A stretch of DNA of 16,871 bases from a bacterium (GTDB lineage: Bacteria > Hinthialibacterota > Hinthialibacteria > Hinthialibacterales > Hinthialibacteraceae), in assembly GCA_041946805.1 (NCBI GenBank), contig JBHGBC010000133.1, positions 1-16,871 of the forward strand, in the 5' to 3' direction. Position numbers and translations under genes: made by a program. The notes beneath the pieces are model-generated. The model was given only the letters and a program-made list of their open reading frames with translations. It was not told where the DNA came from and did no database searches. Positions 15,704 through 16,871 of this stretch are shown one piece after another (the stretch's first letter is position 1; each line of letters opens with the position of its first letter).

Positions 15704-16426
15704 TTATTCCGGTTGGGATTCGGAAAGGTTCGAATCGGCGGGGGATGGATTGAGCGCGGCCTCGATCTGTTCCTGTTTTTCGAGGATTTGGTGGTCCAGT
15801 TCCTCGATTTGGTTTTTGAGTTCCTTGATTTCCCCCATCACGCGCGTTTTTTTCTTGTGGATGGCAGCTTGCTCTTTTTTCAGCTTGTCCGAATCCTGGA
15901 GATACGTCATCACGATTACCAGAAACGCCGCCGCCAGCACGAGGAGAAACGCGGTGTATTGTTTTAACAGAAATACAATCATGGCCATCATCAATCCCAC
16001 CGCCCCCCACATCGCCGAGTTGACTCCCGGCACCACCGTCGTGTGCAACACCGCGATACGGTTTTCCAGGGTCTGGATGTAGTCGGCGTGATCACGGCGT
16101 TTCTTCTCGAGTTCCGTGATTTCTTCCCGTATGGCCTGTATGTTGATCGTGGGAATGGGAGGGGGTAGCGGCGACAGCAGGCTGGTCCGCGCTTCCTGGA
16201 TCATGGCGTCCAGCTGTTTCGCGTCATAACGGGATTCTCCCGCCAAGGAATTCAAGGCCTCGATAAAATCATGTTGGGCATCCGCTTCCACGGATTTCAA
16301 CAATCCCTCCGCGAAGGGAATTTCGTTGCGATGCACCTTGAACGCGAGATTGAACGCCGCGCTTTTCATGCCTGGATTCGATCTCCCTGGATTCGATCTC
16401 CCTGGATTCGGTTTCACTATAATCAT
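15704..16426 (-). CDS. Hypothetical membrane protein (coiled coil, two membrane segments, coiled coil)
   Basis: Heptad-like IREEITELEKKRRDHADYIQTLENRI; two hydrophobic segments (AMWGAVGLMMAMIVFLL and TAFLLVLAAAFLVIVMTYL); second coiled coil IKELKNQIEELDHQILEKQEQIE. True start may be ATG 16369 (MKSAAF). Confidence 0.8.
   Translation of the reverse strand: MIIVKPNPGRSNPGRSNPGMKSAAFNLAFKVHRNEIPFAEGLLKSVEADAQHDFIEALNSLAGESRYDAKQLDAMIQEARTSLLSPLPPPIPTINIQAIREEITELEKKRRDHADYIQTLENRIAVLHTTVVPGVNSAMWGAVGLMMAMIVFLLKQYTAFLLVLAAAFLVIVMTYLQDSDKLKKEQAAIHKKKTRVMGEIKELKNQIEELDHQILEKQEQIEAALNPSPADSNLSESQPE
16371..16410. repeat. 15-bp tandem repeat, 2.7 copies
   Basis: CCTGGATTCGATCTC at 16371 and 16386, plus CCTGGATTCG at 16401. 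Confidence 0.9.
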
Positions 16427-16480
16427 AATTCCCGGAGAGAGAAAACCCAGGGCCGGTTTCCAATCGGCGGGAGAATGTAA

Positions 16481-16610
16481 GGCTCATCCGATCAGTGTGT
16501 ACAAATTCCCCGTGGAGTGACCGGTTTCCAATGGATCAGGCCCGGGAGAACCGCCCCGGATGCCAAATCCGGTCATAGGGCCTCAAATATACGCGCTTCC
16601 CGGACGAATC
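16481..16610 (+). mobile_element. MITE-like element, copy 5 (130 bp, both TIRs, no internal hairpin)
   Basis: Left end GGCTCATCCG-ATCA-GTGTGTAC (16481-16502). Right end ATACGCGC-TTCC-CGGACGAATC (16589-16610). The right-end context CCTCAAATATACGCGCTTCCCGGACGAATC aligns with CCTCATTATGTATGCACTTCCCGGATGAGTC of copy 1. Confidence 0.65.
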
Positions 16611-16620
16611 CCAAATATTT

Positions 16621-16765
16621 CCCTCTCCCCCTGGGAGAGGGCCAGGGGGAGGGTATGCCTCTGGTGATGCAGGCATCTTGCCTGCACGTTATCATTAACC
16701 TCACCCATCCCTGGCGCCCCTTTCCAGGGGCCGCCGAATAGCAGCCCAGGGTTTTAACCCTGGGC
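16621..16765 (+). repeat. Cluster of REP-like palindromes: hairpin A, hairpin D and family B
   Basis: A at 16621-16653; TGCAGGCA-TCT-TGCCTGCA at 16668-16686; GCCCC-TTTCCA-GGGGC at 16716-16731; GCCCAGGGTT-TT-AACCCTGGGC at 16744-16765. Confidence 0.85.
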
Positions 16766-16871
16766 CAATTTTGTGATGCTTGATTTTTGTAGGATTTGTT
16801 TTATGCTAATATCTATTTATGTAACCGATTCCCGGCTGCCCACCCCGGAAGCCCTGCGCCAGGACGATTCC

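Noticed and set aside
15330..16010. 226-aa minus-strand ORF
   Set aside because: Alternative frame of the membrane protein gene running into repeat DNA; low-complexity Gly/Arg/Pro composition.

Overview
GC-rich bacterial chromosomal window, probably from a diderm (inference from the lipoprotein, periplasmic protease and YdbH-like genes). Ten credible CDS, in order: (1) a window-truncated secreted protein on the minus strand at <1..995 that the ORF track missed; (2) a 1104-aa YdbH/AsmA-like envelope protein; (3) an HtrA/DegP-family protease; (4,5) a stand-alone two-gene bacterial microcompartment (BMC) module, pduS-like plus pduT-like; (6) a putative lipoprotein; (7) a membrane-anchored VWA/GATase1-like protein; (8) oligoendopeptidase F; (9,10) two hypothetical proteins. 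The most unusual signal is non-coding. Five intergenic regions carry copies of the same element, all in the same orientation. Each starts with a 22-bp end motif GGYTYATYCG-N4-(GTGCGTAC-like). In the two clearest copies the motif returns as an imperfect terminal inverted repeat (TIR), and some copies share interior sequence. The element hosts or abuts a 33-bp CCCTCTCCC/GGGAGAGGG hairpin and other REP-like palindromes in a recurring order. No transposase, rRNA, tRNA or CRISPR array was seen. All calls come from reading motifs by eye; no database searches were run.
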